Positions 46,510 to 55,471 of a stretch of DNA of 64,000 nt are shown one piece after another (the stretch's first letter is position 1; every line of letters starts with the position of its first letter). The translations under genes and the position numbers were made by a program. The notes beneath the pieces were generated by a model. That model was not told the origin of the DNA and searched no databases. It saw only the letters and a program-made list of their open reading frames with translations. Origin of the DNA: an uncultured virus (IMG/VR IMGVR_UViG_2925597055_000005) (taxonomy: Duplodnaviria; Heunggongvirae; Uroviricota; Caudoviricetes); IMG/VR virus record IMGVR_UViG_2925597055_000005, positions 1 to 64,000 of that record. One strand, 5' to 3'.

Positions 46510-47043
46510 TTATTCGCCCTCCCCCGGTTTTATAATCTTCTCGCGAACAAGATACGAAAGCCCAATCGCCACCGCATCTGATTCGTCATCTGTCCGAAAT
46601 GTAAAGTCGGCCGGGAGCGAAAGTATCCGCCGTACTCCCGCCTCTACTTCGTCTTTTGATGCGCTGCCTTTTCCGGTTACGTCCTTTTTAACCGTTGTTG
46701 GTGTAATTTCCACATCCGCCTTATAGCCGTATTTACCGAGTGCCAAGTCGATGACAGCCCACGCACCAAACACCGTTTGTGTCGATCGCTTATTACGCCC
46801 TTTCGTGTAATGCTCCCGGACAACAACGTCGAACGGTCCGTATTCGTGCAGGACCATCGTTGCCGCTGCCTCGATATAGGAATACCGGTGACTGTCCGGC
46901 GACTGGCTCGTCGTGCTGACAGACGTTACATGTACGAGATCCACGCGCGGCCCCGACTTCAGCCGTTTGACTTCGAGGACCGCGAAGCCGGGATTAGTCG
47001 ATATGTCTAACGCGAGAATGCGGATAGGCTTGGCGCTAGTCAT
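46510..47043 (-). CDS. RuvC-like Holliday junction resolvase
   Basis: ILALDIS, VVVRE, TPTTVKKDVTGKGSASKDEV, DESDAVAI. Confidence 0.85.
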   Translation of the reverse strand: MTSAKPIRILALDISTNPGFAVLEVKRLKSGPRVDLVHVTSVSTTSQSPDSHRYSYIEAAATMVLHEYGPFDVVVREHYTKGRNKRSTQTVFGAWAVIDLALGKYGYKADVEITPTTVKKDVTGKGSASKDEVEAGVRRILSLPADFTFRTDDESDAVAIGLSYLVREKIIKPGEGE

Positions 47044-47197
47044 CTAATACCGCCTTCCACCCTGCGATGAGCCCTAAAATAAGGGAGATAGGAACCGATA
47101 GTGTGTCGCCCGCTTCCGGATTCATCAGCGAAATCGAACCGTTAATGATAATCGAAAGCAATACCGCAATTAACGTGTAAAGAATAAACCGCGCCAT
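47036..47197 (-). CDS. 53-aa membrane protein
   Basis: MARFILYTLIAVLLSIII..., two TM segments. Confidence 0.5.
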   Translation of the reverse strand: MARFILYTLIAVLLSIIINGSISLMNPEAGDTLSVPISLILGLIAGWKAVLDD

Positions 47198-48258
47198 CAG
47201 ACCGCCTCCCCTTTGCGTACTTTTTCGATAAACTCAAGCGCCCCGGCGTACTGCCTTTTCGTAGAATCAAAGACGTTCGACCGTTTGACTCGCGAAACCT
47301 TATCGCGGATGGCTTCCAGCTCGGCCGCCGTAAGTGACTGCGCAATAGCCGTTTTGTATCCGTTGAATGTCCAGCCGTTAAGGTCGACCGCCATAGGCTT
47401 GCCGTCGTCAATCGAATTCTGAATTTCTACGAATCTATCGAGCAGTACGTCGATGTCGTCGCGTCCGATTTCGAGGCCAAACGCCCGAATGTCCGGCGAC
47501 TTTTCGAATTCCCCCTCATCGTACTCCCACGCTTTCTTCGATGCGTTTACGTAGAGGATTACGTATAAGTCGACGCCATACATCTCCGCATAAGCGATGC
47601 ACTGCTTAACGTGTTTCTCGTCCGGCTTCTTCAGCGAATAGAAAGACGTACGGGCTGCGCTCGTTTGCTTCGATTTGATTTCGAGGCCCACGCGCAATAC
47701 TTCGCCATCCTCGGTGACATATCGCATGATACCGTCACATGTTCCGAAGAGGTGAAACGTCTTGCCGCCGCGCTCGATCTTATGGTTCAGCTTGGCGAAG
47801 TCCTCAAACATCGGCGTACCGTTCGGATTACGTTCGAAGCTGAACGGGCAGGGCCGGCCGACTTTCTTTTCGAAATGTTTTTCCATAAAGAGCAGATCGC
47901 GCTGTATCATATCGCCGATTGCCGTTCCGATGCGGGTCCAGCGTCCCTGATACGGAGGCTTTCGCGTTAGGTCTCTCGGATCACCTAGCGCCTTATGATA
48001 AAGTTCACGCGGGCAGGCATTCGCAGATGACGGCGAAAAATACGGCTTCCTCGGAAATACTTTCGGAGCTTCTGCGTACCATCGGTGGATCTGCGCGTCC
48101 AATGCGTTATCCCACGTTTCCGGCAGCGAGTGCCATTCGTTTAGATATTCGATGAGTTCATCCGCAATCTGCTGCGCGTATGTGGTCGGTTCGGGCGGCG
48201 ACGGCGCTAATTGGGCGCGCAGTGAGTTTGCGGCTGATCGTGCATTTGCGTTCGTCAA
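47197..48258 (-). CDS. PD-(D/E)XK (Cas4-like) exonuclease
   Basis: SPSSANACPRELY, GTCDG, LEIKSK, HVKQCIAY. Confidence 0.75.
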   Translation of the reverse strand: MTNANARSAANSLRAQLAPSPPEPTTYAQQIADELIEYLNEWHSLPETWDNALDAQIHRWYAEAPKVFPRKPYFSPSSANACPRELYHKALGDPRDLTRKPPYQGRWTRIGTAIGDMIQRDLLFMEKHFEKKVGRPCPFSFERNPNGTPMFEDFAKLNHKIERGGKTFHLFGTCDGIMRYVTEDGEVLRVGLEIKSKQTSAARTSFYSLKKPDEKHVKQCIAYAEMYGVDLYVILYVNASKKAWEYDEGEFEKSPDIRAFGLEIGRDDIDVLLDRFVEIQNSIDDGKPMAVDLNGWTFNGYKTAIAQSLTAAELEAIRDKVSRVKRSNVFDSTKRQYAGALEFIEKVRKGEAV

Positions 48259-48551
48259 ACTGCCACCCACTTCGTTACTACGACTTCGCGTTTTTCTACT
48301 TCGGTAATTTCGGCCAGATCGTCGGCTCCGTAAATTTCGCTGTCATACGTCCAATCGGTCCATTCAGATCCGGATCTGCCAAGTTCTCCGCGATAATGCT
48401 TATTTCCGTCAGTGAAAATAACGGTTTTGCTTTGGTGCTTGTGTCCGTGCTCCCATTCGCTTTCCTCTACGACTGTATAGGTCACATCTCCGATATCAAT
48501 TCCGCCTTCAAACGTCATATCTTCCAGTTGTTCAATCGTCAATTTAACCAA
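48255..48551 (-). CDS. Acidic hypothetical protein
   Basis: Coupled ORF. Confidence 0.55.
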   Translation of the reverse strand: MVKLTIEQLEDMTFEGGIDIGDVTYTVVEESEWEHGHKHQSKTVIFTDGNKHYRGELGRSGSEWTDWTYDSEIYGADDLAEITEVEKREVVVTKWVAV

Positions 48552-50837
48552 TTAAACCGCCTCCTCTTTTTTGAACCATTCTTCTACGGGCACACCTTCG
48601 CCCCATTTGCGCATCACTTCGATATCCGTTCCGTTCGGCACAACGTCTCCCCAACGGTAAGAATTAAGCATGATATCGCGAATTTCTTGCGCTTCTTCCC
48701 ACGTAAACTCCTCCGGAACTTCAAAAATGAGTTCGTCATGCACCGTTGACCACAGCGCCCATCCCGGTTTGTTAGCGCAATATTCGTGCGCTTTAATCAT
48801 CGTGACTTTCGTTTGAATAGACGACGATCCTTGTACGCGAGCATTTGTCGCTTGACGCAAAGCGCGATTAATTCGTGAATTATGTTTTCTTACGTCATCG
48901 TATTTTGGATCATTCCATTTTCCGTACGGAATGTTTTTGCGGGGTAGTTTAGCGTCTGGCAGCCGGCGTTTTCGCGCATTCAGATCAGCCCAAACGTATC
49001 CGTTTTTTCGCACAAATTCTTCGTTCTCTTTTAACCACGCCGACAGCTTCGGCATACTTCCGAACAACTCTTCTTTAAACTCGGTCGCCTCTTTCTTACC
49101 TACGCCTAGCATATCCGCTAGAGAATAATCACTCATTCCGTATAATGTAGCTAACCATGCGACCTTCATTTTCTTTCGCTCTTTTGTGTCGGAACCATCA
49201 GCATTCTTATAAACTTCCTCGTACGGTCGTTTGTAGAAGTTCGATGCCATCGTTGCGTATGGATCACGTTCTTCTAAAAACGCATTAATCAGTACTGGTT
49301 CGCCCGACAGGTGCGCCACACACCTGATTTCCTGCGCTTTAAAGTCGGCGCCTACTAGCAGCTTTCCGGGAGGAGGACCGAACATCGGACGTGCTTCCGG
49401 TGGCTGATTCTGCACGTTAAACCCTTGCTGCGTTTTATCCTCTTCGTCCTTTCCGGAGCTGAATCGGCCCGTCACGGTTCCCATCGGATTGAATCGCGAA
49501 TGCCAACGCTCAGTTGTTGGGTTTTGCTTTGTCGGCAGCGTGTCGATATACGTACCACTCAACTTAACGATATTCTTGTACTCTAGGAGTTTCGCAATGA
49601 CATCGTAGTCGTCTTTCAACGGCTTGAGCGTTTTCTTAGCGTCCATATTCGGGAGCTCCTTGCCGATTGCCTTTGAAAGTGCGGGCCGCATCTGATGAGT
49701 CGAGTTTAGATTTATCGGTTCGTCTCCTTCATGGAATGGCGTCAACTCCACAACTAATTCCTTTCGCAACTCCTCCGCACGCTTATGCAGCTTTTCTCCG
49801 TATTCTTTCGCGAAATCCAAGTCAAGAATATATCCGTTGGCTTCTAAATCGACGATTACATACAATAACGGAACTTCAACGGTTTGATAATATTCCAAAA
49901 CCGTCGGTATTTTCGCCATGTGATAACGCTGAAATTCGTACAGCTTCCACGTTAATTCCGTATCCTTCGCTGCGTAAACTAGCGCTAGGTCTAACGGAAC
50001 TTCTTTAAATTGCGCATTCCTGCCGAACAGAGCATCGAAAGTGTCTGCCGGTGTTTTTAAGTATTTAGGCGCTAAGTCTTTGAGCTTAAACGAACCGGCT
50101 CCGCCTAATGTTCGATCACTCTCGTTTTCGTTCAGAAGGTGCATCGCGGTCATCGTATCCCAAGCGACGCCTTTCAAATCGAACCCATGCCGCCGAAGCA
50201 TCGCAATATCGAATATCGCGTTGTGTAAAACCTTGCCGATTGATTCATCGTTAAATACAGGCGCCAGACCTTCGAGTACATATTCGCGACTTAACTGCTC
50301 GCAATCAACGTGATCCACCGGTATATAAACGTGCCAGTCAGCGTTTGGCAACGTCAGCGAAAGCCCCACGATTACGTCCGTATAGACATCTACGCCCGTC
50401 GTCTCGGTATCAACTGCGATTATTGTTTCGTTATTTAACGCCTTGATTAGCGCCTGAAATCGTTCTTCAGTCGTAATTAATTCGTAATTATCCGGCGTAT
50501 TCTCGACCATCTGCCGCAAGGTTTCTTCGCGCTGGGATTCCTGAAGCGTCTTCCATAGCCGGAGTGCCTCCGCCTTGCTGAACGCTTTAGGGTTGCCGGC
50601 CTTGTTCACGCAGTCAGCCGGATCGCGCGCTAGTTTGCCCGCATCCATGGCCGCCTTGACTTCCGTTACCCTTTTGCGATCGGCATCCGATAGCTTCATC
50701 GCGAATATCTTGCGCCAGCTTTCCTCGATCGGCTCGGCGGTCTTGGCTTTCGCCTTCCGCTTGGCCGTCTCCTCTACTGCGTCCGATTTCGGTGCCGCCG
50801 GCTTAAGCGCGTTCAAGTTTAACCGTAAGCCTTCCAT
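48552..50837 (-). CDS. Family A DNA polymerase with 3'-5' exonuclease
   Basis: AVDTETTG, HNAIFDI, YAAKD, TVTGRFSS, ADFKAQEIR, RKKMK...YG, VHDEL. Confidence 0.95.
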   Translation of the reverse strand: MEGLRLNLNALKPAAPKSDAVEETAKRKAKAKTAEPIEESWRKIFAMKLSDADRKRVTEVKAAMDAGKLARDPADCVNKAGNPKAFSKAEALRLWKTLQESQREETLRQMVENTPDNYELITTEERFQALIKALNNETIIAVDTETTGVDVYTDVIVGLSLTLPNADWHVYIPVDHVDCEQLSREYVLEGLAPVFNDESIGKVLHNAIFDIAMLRRHGFDLKGVAWDTMTAMHLLNENESDRTLGGAGSFKLKDLAPKYLKTPADTFDALFGRNAQFKEVPLDLALVYAAKDTELTWKLYEFQRYHMAKIPTVLEYYQTVEVPLLYVIVDLEANGYILDLDFAKEYGEKLHKRAEELRKELVVELTPFHEGDEPINLNSTHQMRPALSKAIGKELPNMDAKKTLKPLKDDYDVIAKLLEYKNIVKLSGTYIDTLPTKQNPTTERWHSRFNPMGTVTGRFSSGKDEEDKTQQGFNVQNQPPEARPMFGPPPGKLLVGADFKAQEIRCVAHLSGEPVLINAFLEERDPYATMASNFYKRPYEEVYKNADGSDTKERKKMKVAWLATLYGMSDYSLADMLGVGKKEATEFKEELFGSMPKLSAWLKENEEFVRKNGYVWADLNARKRRLPDAKLPRKNIPYGKWNDPKYDDVRKHNSRINRALRQATNARVQGSSSIQTKVTMIKAHEYCANKPGWALWSTVHDELIFEVPEEFTWEEAQEIRDIMLNSYRWGDVVPNGTDIEVMRKWGEGVPVEEWFKKEEAV

Positions 50838-50871
50838 CCGTCGTCCTCCTTCCTCGCGTAATAAAGGCCGC

Positions 50872-51021
50872 TTAATCGCTCGTTACGTTCAGGTATCCGA
50901 AAATTATTACGCCTACCAATAAAATTAACGGAGCTACAGCCGAATAAAGCGCGAATACGCCCGCAACAAATGCGGCTATAATTCCGAATAGAAATGCGAT
51001 TGCTCTCGGTAATCTCCTCAT
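50872..51021 (-). CDS. 49-aa membrane protein
   Basis: RBS GGAGG; MRRLPRAIAFLFGIIAAFVAG... Confidence 0.5.
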   Translation of the reverse strand: MRRLPRAIAFLFGIIAAFVAGVFALYSAVAPLILLVGVIIFGYLNVTSD

Positions 51022-51197
51022 AAATCGACCGCCTCCGTCCATCTTCGTTTATATCCCGCTTCGTTTTCTGCATACCATTCCGACCAGCAAGACGGCCCGC
51101 ACGCGTAAACCTCGAAGAGCGAATCGTAAATTGCGGATCGCCCTTCGTAAAGGTTAGCGTTACATGCGGCGCAGACGGCGGCCGGCTTAGCGGTCAA
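51018..51197 (-). CDS. Small Cys-containing protein
   Basis: CAACNANL...ACGPSCW. Confidence 0.45.
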   Translation of the reverse strand: MTAKPAAVCAACNANLYEGRSAIYDSLFEVYACGPSCWSEWYAENEAGYKRRWTEAVDL

Positions 51198-52146
51198 AGC
51201 GCGCCTCGACTGGCGTGATAAGGCGCAGGTTTGCCGGTTTTTCTCTGCAAATTCCGTACTCCTTCGTTTGAACTCCTACGCGACCCTCTTCGGTATCGTC
51301 CACGACTTCGCAAATCTCGTTATCTCCGTAGTCATAGCGAACAACATCGCCGTTCTTATACTCGCCGACCTTACGTCCGATCTTCGCCCACTTCGCTTCT
51401 TCGGCTTGCTGGCGCTCGATCTCGGCGGCTTTCTCTTCGGTTAAAATTTCGAGCTGATCCGGCGCTGCGAATCCAGACCCTCTAAAACAGTCGCCGCCTT
51501 CGATTCGAATGAGAGTGCCTCTCCGGTGGTTGTAGGCGTTATCGGAAACCTCGTAAATATTACCGTCCGTGAATCCGCCTAAAGGGTAGTCTCCGCCGCC
51601 CGACTTCAACCGCACTTTAGCGCCTTCTTTAAATTTAGCGCGTGCTGCTGCGTCTTTAGCTTCGGCAACTTCTTCGTCAGTGGCGCGTACGAGTGATTCT
51701 TCTGTACGCCATTCCGTGTCTTTACCGTCCATAGTTTCGACCATAAAAGGAACCTGACAGCCCGTATCTTGAATCACTTTAACGATGTCTCCTTTTTCGG
51801 TGACAATAGCCTGACCGACCACCTTCGCATAATCACCGACCCTCAGACGCTCAGCTTCTACGTTTACGGCGCTTACTTTGCGGAAGATTCTCAGGTTATG
51901 CCTATACGTCGATGCCTCGCAAATATTTCCGTCCATACCGACAATCTGATCTCGAATACCACTTGTCGTGTATGTTACAACGAAAAACTCACCGATATTT
52001 TGGTCGCCCCACGATTCTGTAACGAACACGATATCGCCGACCTTCGCCTCGCCTTCCACGCGCTCGTATTCCGCACCGCCATACGCAACTTTCGTAATTT
52101 CACCGTTCACCATATCGAGTGTCTTAACGCCGTCTAATTTCGCCAT
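51187..52146 (-). CDS. Hypothetical protein with repeated SH3/KOW-like modules
   Basis: Repeated KVGD/RVGD/KEGAKV/KNGDVV units. Confidence 0.6.
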   Translation of the reverse strand: MAKLDGVKTLDMVNGEITKVAYGGAEYERVEGEAKVGDIVFVTESWGDQNIGEFFVVTYTTSGIRDQIVGMDGNICEASTYRHNLRIFRKVSAVNVEAERLRVGDYAKVVGQAIVTEKGDIVKVIQDTGCQVPFMVETMDGKDTEWRTEESLVRATDEEVAEAKDAAARAKFKEGAKVRLKSGGGDYPLGGFTDGNIYEVSDNAYNHRRGTLIRIEGGDCFRGSGFAAPDQLEILTEEKAAEIERQQAEEAKWAKIGRKVGEYKNGDVVRYDYGDNEICEVVDDTEEGRVGVQTKEYGICREKPANLRLITPVEARFDR

Positions 52147-52581
52147 TTATACCGCCTCCGATTCGTTAATTTTCGTAATATCTACGTCTTCGCGCCGGAA
52201 ATTCAAATCCATCCGAACCCACCGTTTGCCATCCTTCGACTGCGGCCCCCAATACTCGGTGAGCTCGCGGTTCTCGAACATCCACACGGTAGGCACCGGA
52301 CCACGGCCGATAAGCACGCCGATAAAGTAATCGACTTCATCGAGCTTATACGGTGTCCGGTCGCTTTTCCGCGCCTGAACGATAAGGCTGCCGCGCTTCT
52401 TCCGATCATAAATCGTCTTCACCTGAAACGTTTTCCACTCGCCACTCAACGGATCTTTTGCGCTAATATCGAACGCCTCTTCCGTTTCGGACGTACTGAC
52501 CGCCTGCCAGCCGCTAGCCAGCAGCGCAGCACGAGCGATCAGTTCCGAATACTTGCCGGTATCTTCTGCTTTATGCGCCAT
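52147..52581 (-). CDS. PD-(D/E)XK endonuclease-like protein
   Basis: GKYSEL, AFDI, FQVKT, VDYFIG. Confidence 0.65.
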   Translation of the reverse strand: MAHKAEDTGKYSELIARAALLASGWQAVSTSETEEAFDISAKDPLSGEWKTFQVKTIYDRKKRGSLIVQARKSDRTPYKLDEVDYFIGVLIGRGPVPTVWMFENRELTEYWGPQSKDGKRWVRMDLNFRREDVDITKINESEAV

Positions 52582-52615
52582 ATGAGCGCCTCCTTTTCGT
52601 TTGGTTGGTACGTGA

Positions 52616-53395
52616 TTAGAACGGTAATTCTTCGTCAGTCGGCTTCCAAGGCTCAGGTTCGTTCGCAGCATTTCCGCCGAGTGACAGACCTATCAAGCTA
52701 ATATCGAAGCCGGCCGCGACTAGGTTTTCGATCTGCGTTTTTTCGTCAGCTTCGAAAAGCAGGCCGTCAAACAGCGACATATCGAATTCTTTATCCGCAT
52801 ACTTAGCGAAGTTCTCGCGCTCCTTCTCCGTTAGATCGTCTTCCATGTCGATGATAGGCGTTAAGCTAACGGTAGTTGCCGTTCCTGACCCCGTCTTTTC
52901 AAGCTCGAACGCAACCTTTCCGAGTTTCTTTTCATACTTCAAGATAACCGCGTAAATTGTTTGCGCCTGCTTCTTCGAGAGGTCGATAATGATCGGATCG
53001 CCCGTCGCCAGATCGATGAATCCGAGAGCATAACGCTCTTTTACGCGATATTTACTCGCCTCTTCTTTATATCTCTCTTCCGCATGGCTATCGCCTTTGT
53101 TTTCGGCTTCTTTCTTCAGATCCTGATAGTACTTCCACGCGAGATCCCACGGCGTGTAATTGCCGACCGGGAAGCCTTTTTCGTTCATAGTGCTCGGGTT
53201 TTCAGCCACGAACGAGTTAACTTTTTTATAGATTCCGTAGTTGTAAAATCGGATAAGGTCCGCAGTACCAAGAACGCGAACTTTAAAGGAAGTGCCGGAT
53301 GTAAAACTTGTGAACTCGGTTTCCTTACCGCTTCCGCCCTCGTTCGTCGAATTTAAAGCGTTTAATGCCGCTGCACCTTTTTCAAATTTGCTCAT
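52616..53395 (-). CDS. Single-stranded DNA-binding protein (gp32-like)
   Basis: ATG at 53395; KVRVL, FELEKTGSGTATT, acidic tail ending DEELPF. Confidence 0.7.
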   Translation of the reverse strand: MSKFEKGAAALNALNSTNEGGSGKETEFTSFTSGTSFKVRVLGTADLIRFYNYGIYKKVNSFVAENPSTMNEKGFPVGNYTPWDLAWKYYQDLKKEAENKGDSHAEERYKEEASKYRVKERYALGFIDLATGDPIIIDLSKKQAQTIYAVILKYEKKLGKVAFELEKTGSGTATTVSLTPIIDMEDDLTEKERENFAKYADKEFDMSLFDGLLFEADEKTQIENLVAAGFDISLIGLSLGGNAANEPEPWKPTDEELPF

Positions 53396-53419
53396 TCGTT
53401 TTCCCCCTACGTTTTTATT

Positions 53420-53545
53420 AAGGCTTTTCGCCCTCGCAAAATGCCGGTGTCTGCGCCCGAAACGCCGCCAGCGCTTGGCAGTAGCGACGCGACACGGATT
53501 ACCTAACGGCCGCCCCGACATTCTCCGAGGACGCGACGCGCCTAT
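53420..53545 (-). ncRNA. Candidate structured leader RNA upstream of the SSB gene
   Basis: GC-rich intergenic with nested complementary segments CGTCCTCG/CGAGGGCG, GAATGTCGG/CCGGCATTT, GTGTC/GACAC. Confidence 0.45.
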
Positions 53546-53640
53546 GATGCGTCGTCTTCGCCACTTTGCGTCCACATGCCGAAAAGTATTAATCCGATGA
53601 TGACGGCGGCAATCGGTCCCACCCACGAAAGATCAGACAT
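53542..53640 (-). CDS. 32-aa membrane peptide
   Basis: MSDLSWVGPIAAVIIGLILFGMW... Confidence 0.4.
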   Translation of the reverse strand: MSDLSWVGPIAAVIIGLILFGMWTQSGEDDAS

Positions 53641-54199
53641 ACGCCGCCACGCCTTTCTCAATCGATTCAATTTCGGATTTAATCGCGTTAACTTTCTCGT
53701 TAATTGACGCGTATTCAGAACGAGCAACGGCGATCTTTGCGTCAATTACTGCGATAATCTTATGTGCGCGAGCTTTTGCGCGATTTAATTCGAGCTGCGC
53801 AATTTCGAGGTTCTTTTCCGCAAGCTGAATCGTTAAGCTTCGTAATTCGCGTTTATGGCGGACGATGATGGCGCCGGATTTACGTTTGATTACCGTCTTC
53901 AGTTCGTCTGGAAGACCGTTAATTGGATTCGGATTTCCTGATGTCGTAGCGTCGATTGGCGCTAATCCTTCGTGCATTTTATATACGGTTACGACTTTAT
54001 TATCGATTACTACGAGTCTGACACGTGACTTTATATGGTCGAAGATTCGTGACGTCTTCCCATTGTGATCATTCGCATCTCCGATATAATGAGCCGTTTG
54101 CATAAGGTTATTAATACATCCGACAGCAGATCCGCGGTCGTAGCCAAGTCGTTCAACTGCGCGATCAACAGCATGCTTGGTTACTCCGTACTTTTTCAT
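53633..54199 (-). CDS. Hypothetical protein (DUF4258/RelE-like N-terminus plus coiled coil)
   Basis: VTKHAVDRAVERL...NKVVTVY. Confidence 0.55.
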   Translation of the reverse strand: MKKYGVTKHAVDRAVERLGYDRGSAVGCINNLMQTAHYIGDANDHNGKTSRIFDHIKSRVRLVVIDNKVVTVYKMHEGLAPIDATTSGNPNPINGLPDELKTVIKRKSGAIIVRHKRELRSLTIQLAEKNLEIAQLELNRAKARAHKIIAVIDAKIAVARSEYASINEKVNAIKSEIESIEKGVAAYV

Positions 54200-54357
54200 C
54201 CGACGCGCACCGCCTTAATCGGAGTAGCCGGGAAATAGTCGGCCGGATCTTCATCGTGCGGCCATGCGCCTTGGTAAATGAAATCGGTGAGTTTGCGCTC
54301 GTCTAGCGCTAAAAGCGTTTGAGATTCGTTAAATGTGGGTAAAATCGATGTATGCAT
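54196..54357 (-). CDS. 53-aa hypothetical protein
   Basis: RBS GGAGG; MHTSILPTFNESQ... Confidence 0.5.
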   Translation of the reverse strand: MHTSILPTFNESQTLLALDERKLTDFIYQGAWPHDEDPADYFPATPIKAVRVG

Positions 54358-54493
54358 AGTACGTTAGCCTCCGTTATTTTAAGGATAATCGCACTAGGCC
54401 GAGGACTTGTTCGCATAATTGTTCGCTTGAATTCGTTGACAATATGCAATACAATGAGGACGTAGCGAAAGTCCTTCGGGCCTAGCTGCGTGG

Positions 54494-55102
54494 TTATTGC
54501 GCGATCAAGTAGTCACGGTAATCACCGAACTGTTTGGTATCGAAATTGCGTGAGAGCTTTTCGAGTTTGCGTATGACTGTTGAGTGATGTAGACCCAACT
54601 TTTTTCCGATTGCCGTCGGAGTTGGCTTTTCACTCGAAAGATATGCTTCGGCGATTTGTATTGTCGTTGCGTCAGATGTAGTACCTAATAGGAAGTCGAT
54701 CAGTTGCCGCTGGTCAACTTCTTTTTTTGTTGTCAAAAGTTCTTCCGGGGTTATCGTACAAGGGACCTCGAATGTTGCCGCATTCTTATGGTCTCCTTTT
54801 GGTATGATTTCTCTTTTGTTTCTGTTTACCCTCCCCCTTAAAAAATAGCGTCTCTGTAACGGAACACTTGCATTAAATAATCTTTCAAAATCATGCTCTC
54901 CGTTGTACGACTCAATGCAAGAAAGTAAGGTATCTTCATAAATCGCTCTTGCCTCATAATAATCTGCACCAATTGATTTACCGATTGTTTTGAACTTTCG
55001 GTCATTTCTTGTTATGAAGTAATCGTAAACCATCCTAAAAGCAGATTCACTTCTACTTTCTTTGTACTTTAATACTTCGCTATTCAATTGTTCTTTTCTC
55101 AA
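54494..55102 (-). CDS. Phage sigma factor-like regulator
   Basis: Region 2-like SAFRMVYDY...YEDTLLSCIESY; C-terminal HTH TPTAIGKKLGLHHSTVIRKL. Confidence 0.65.
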   Translation of the reverse strand: MRKEQLNSEVLKYKESRSESAFRMVYDYFITRNDRKFKTIGKSIGADYYEARAIYEDTLLSCIESYNGEHDFERLFNASVPLQRRYFLRGRVNRNKREIIPKGDHKNAATFEVPCTITPEELLTTKKEVDQRQLIDFLLGTTSDATTIQIAEAYLSSEKPTPTAIGKKLGLHHSTVIRKLEKLSRNFDTKQFGDYRDYLIAQ

Positions 55103-55134
55103 TTTTCCGTCCTCCCTTTTGCTTACATACGACT

Positions 55135-55161
55135 ATATGCACCTACTTACACAACCGCGCA
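55135..55161 (-). promoter_or_regulatory. Candidate phage-sigma middle promoter upstream of the sigma-like gene
   Basis: TGCGCGGTT-N7-TAGGTGCATAT. Confidence 0.5.
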
Positions 55162-55296
55162 TTTTTTGTTTGTTTTTTCTCTATGTGTAAATAATACCAA
55201 GTATTTTCTGCAATTATCTGAAAACGACACCCTATTTATATAAAAATAAGTAGCGCGGATACGGCCTAAGTATCGTGTTCCGTAGAAGCTTAGAAA

Positions 55297-55330
55297 ATTA
55301 AAAAACCCCACAACATTACGTTGTGGGGTT
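55297..55330 (-). terminator. Intrinsic terminator after aimP
   Basis: AACCCCACAAC-GTAAT-GTTGTGGGGTT followed by a T run. Confidence 0.85.
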
Positions 55331-55339
55331 AATAAAGAA

Positions 55340-55471
55340 CTAAGCGCCAACCCGAATGTCGGCTACCTTATATCCTCCTTCGGTGCTAGCTTGATTCTGT
55401 GTATCATATTTAAATGCAAATCCTGCTGCCGCCATCACTACGATTAAAGTGGCTAATAATATCTTTTTCAA
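55340..55471 (-). CDS. aimP: Arbitrium pre-pro-peptide AimP, predicted mature signal DIRVGA
   Basis: RBS AAAGGAG, TTG; MKKILLATLIVVMAAAGFAFKYDTQNQASTEGGYKVADIRVGA, signal peptide plus VA before the terminal hexapeptide; overlaps the aimR end. Confidence 0.85.
   Translation of the reverse strand: MKKILLATLIVVMAAAGFAFKYDTQNQASTEGGYKVADIRVGA

Noticed and set aside
47197..48258. Cas4-like nuclease as a CRISPR component
   Set aside because: Sits between polymerase and RuvC genes, the usual context of a phage recombination nuclease.
54196..54215. C-terminal AVRVG resembling DIRVGA
   Set aside because: Partial match with no terminal Ala, in sequence constrained by the next gene's start region; probably chance.
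55147..55350. 67-aa ORF as a protein-coding aimX
   Set aside because: Starts inside aimP and runs through the terminator, with no convincing RBS.
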